NCBI GenBank assembly: GCA_951813565.1 | Contig: OX638351.1 | Span: 3,040,001-3,104,000, forward strand | From: an uncultured Poribacteria bacterium | Lineage (GTDB): Bacteria; Poribacteria; WGA-4E; WGA-3G | DNA: 64,000 nt | Direction of reading: 5' to 3' | Made by a program: the position numbers and the translations under genes | The notes under the pieces: generated by a model | The model's input: only the letters and a program-made list of their open reading frames with translations | Databases searched by the model: none | Told to the model about the DNA's origin: nothing | Part shown: positions 61,971 through 64,000 of the stretch, piece by piece | How the letters are laid out: each line of letters opens with the position of its first letter | Position numbering within the stretch: position 1 is the first letter of the stretch

Positions 61971-62371
61971 CGCTAAAAGTCAAAAATAGGTTGACAATTT
62001 TTTGTAACCTGTTTAAAATAGGGAACGTAATTTGAACGTAACACCGGAAAAAGTAAAATAGGTTGACATTTTTTGTAACCGATGTTATAATAGGTAACGT
62101 TAAATTACTAAATCGGTTTGACAGGAAAACAATTCTTGTAGGAGGGTTTGAAAGCCCGATTACGAAAACCAAACCGAATCCCTAAAAATGAAGGATGTGT
62201 GCAACGGAAACGCATATATCCGATTTAAAAGGTTAGTAGAATAGATTTCATCCCTGAATCTGTTCTTGATATTTCAAATTGTATTGTCGGGCGCGATAAC
62301 GCAATACACGCACATCGCCCCAAATAGTTAATTGTTTTTTAGAAAGATTTTTAAATGAGGAGAAATTAATA

Positions 62372-64000
62372 ATGCGATTGTCAAATAAATCGACATTTTC
62401 CTTAGCAAGTTTAATTTTGCTGTTGGCACTTGGGGTTATCTTTGGAACTACCTTTGTGATGGCACATGCTCCAGATGATGCTACTGTAGGTCCACATACT
62501 CACCCAGTAACGGAGGAAGTTGCGGCAGACGCCAGTGCCACTCCCCCTGTGCTACCAGTGCCTATACATAATGCTCACCCAAGCCCAGTAATTACGCTAA
62601 AGAGTGGTCAGACTAATGTCCGAGGCAATATGATAGCGCTTGACGCTACTACTAATACTACTTTTACCTTAGTCGTTGATTACGGTATGGATGTAACTGG
62701 TGCTGCCGATAATACTGATACATCGGGTGTTCTGGATACCGATCTAAGCATTGGTGCTGATGATCATGCAACACTGCAAGTTGACAACAATGCGGCTGCG
62801 GACGCAGGTTTTGCTATCACGCGTGTCGTTGGGGATGCTTCTATGTTTGAGGTAGTAGTAACTCCCGGGCTTTATCCGAATGCCGACACGGCAGCCACAG
62901 CTACGAACGATGACACCTTGACGTTCAGAATACAATTACCAGCAGGTGGCTTGTTTAGTCTGCAAACAACAGAAATTGGCACGGGTGTTGATCCAGTAAC
63001 TGTTCCTGGTGGCGCAAGTTTGGCATCAGCACTTTCTGTTTTCACGTTGGTTGATGCGTTGGAGACGATTACCACGCCAGACACAACAGCTCCAAGTTTT
63101 ACGGTTGTCACGACACCTGCCGATGATACCGCACTTACAGCAGGTGACCCAGTTCAGTTTACCCTTACTGCTACTGAGGAGCTGGGAACTGGAAATAATG
63201 AACTTTTGGCGACTAATGTTGAAGGCACAACGAATGTTACATCAATGTCATTTGTTAGAGTTTCAAACACGCAATACGTCGTGATTGTAACGCCTACGGA
63301 TCATACGAAGCCAATAGTTATCACAATTGCAGCGGATGCTGTGTTTGATACCGCTGATACTCCGAATGGCAATGCAGAGCAGACCTTTACATTCACGCCC
63401 GCAGATACTGTAGCGCCAACAGTCACTATTACTTCTGCTGCAGGAACAGGTACTGATGCGGATAAGGTTGTTTTCACATTCACATTTAGTGAAGCGGTAC
63501 AAGATTTTACTGAAGATGATCTTATTAGAAGTACTGGTGTTACGTTAGCAGGAAATCTTGAGTCTGATGACAATACAGTGTTTACAGTGCTTGTAAACCT
63601 AGCTCCAGCAGGTTCTCCGACATCACTAACACTTCGAGCTGGTGCGGTTACGGACGGTGCTAATCGATCAGTAGGGGATAAGCTGCATACGTATGTAGCA
63701 CCTGATGAACCTGATCCTGACCCAGTTGACCCGATGGATCCGACATCTCCAGCGAACATCTCTGGACAGATCACGATCCCAGCAGAATCTTATGTTATTC
63801 TTGTGCGGGATAAGGCTGCTACTATAGGCAATAATCCTCCACTTGGACAACGTTTTGATGGGATTCTGGATCTAAACAATAACCGCGTCATACCAGATGC
63901 CAAAATCATGGAATGGTCAGGTATGCCAGACTTAGCCGAACTCTTTGATAGAGGCGCGACTGGTGGTGGTGGTGCCCTGGTCTTGAGAAAGGCTGTTGGC
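62372..64000 (+). CDS. Large secreted Thr/Asp-rich protein with bacterial Ig-like repeats (runs off the window)
   Basis: RBS GAGGAG, MRLSNKSTFSLASLILLLALG signal peptide; DTTAPSFT and DTVAPTVTI..FTFTFSEAV repeats; absent from the ORF track because no stop is reached. Confidence 0.8.
   Translation, partial: MRLSNKSTFSLASLILLLALGVIFGTTFVMAHAPDDATVGPHTHPVTEEVAADASATPPVLPVPIHNAHPSPVITLKSGQTNVRGNMIALDATTNTTFTLVVDYGMDVTGAADNTDTSGVLDTDLSIGADDHATLQVDNNAAADAGFAITRVVGDASMFEVVVTPGLYPNADTAATATNDDTLTFRIQLPAGGLFSLQTTEIGTGVDPVTVPGGASLASALSVFTLVDALETITTPDTTAPSFTVVTTPADDTALTAGDPVQFTLTATEELGTGNNELLATNVEGTTNVTSMSFVRVSNTQYVVIVTPTDHTKPIVITIAADAVFDTADTPNGNAEQTFTFTPADTVAPTVTITSAAGTGTDADKVVFTFTFSEAVQDFTEDDLIRSTGVTLAGNLESDDNTVFTVLVNLAPAGSPTSLTLRAGAVTDGANRSVGDKLHTYVAPDEPDPDPVDPMDPTSPANISGQITIPAESYVILVRDKAATIGNNPPLGQRFDGILDLNNNRVIPDAKIMEWSGMPDLAELFDRGATGGGGALVLRKAVG

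Larger units (their letters stand above)
61110..62091 (+). promoter_or_regulatory. Five sigma-70 consensus promoters in series
   Basis: TTGACA at 61110, 61616, 61702, 61991, 62063 with TATAAT, TATACT, TATCAT, TAAAAT, TATAAT at 17-18 bp. Confidence 0.65.

Noticed and set aside
1..64000. tRNA, rRNA, known riboswitches, prophage or integron
   Set aside because: None recognised by eye; covariance-model scans would be needed to exclude them

Overview
Bacterial chromosomal window. A Poribacteria-like sponge symbiont is my inference from the LRR-dockerin expansions, PhyH and Gfo/Idh/MocA genes; this is not verified. It carries housekeeping and metabolic genes (rsgA, copA, bioA, hisC, ispG, uppP), three paralogous secreted LRR/putative glycoside hydrolase/LRR/dockerin genes (two disrupted), an IS701-like element and a Y1 HUH transposase flanked by its own palindromic repeats. 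The intergenic DNA is dense with REPs and MITEs. The best candidate for a novel system is a four-gene operon at 32640-37421 between hisC and ispG: HD-nuclease large subunit, small subunit, Csf2/Cas7 and Csf3/Cas5. This is a type IV-C-like CRISPR effector with no array, cas6, cas1/cas2, DinG or CysH visible in the window. Secondary highlights are a 34-bp hairpin element that inserts into other repeats without target duplication, a ferredoxin-membrane-Hsp20-like fusion, and a two-domain multicopper oxidase beside an Fe3+ ABC system. All family calls come from motif recognition by eye; no searches were run.
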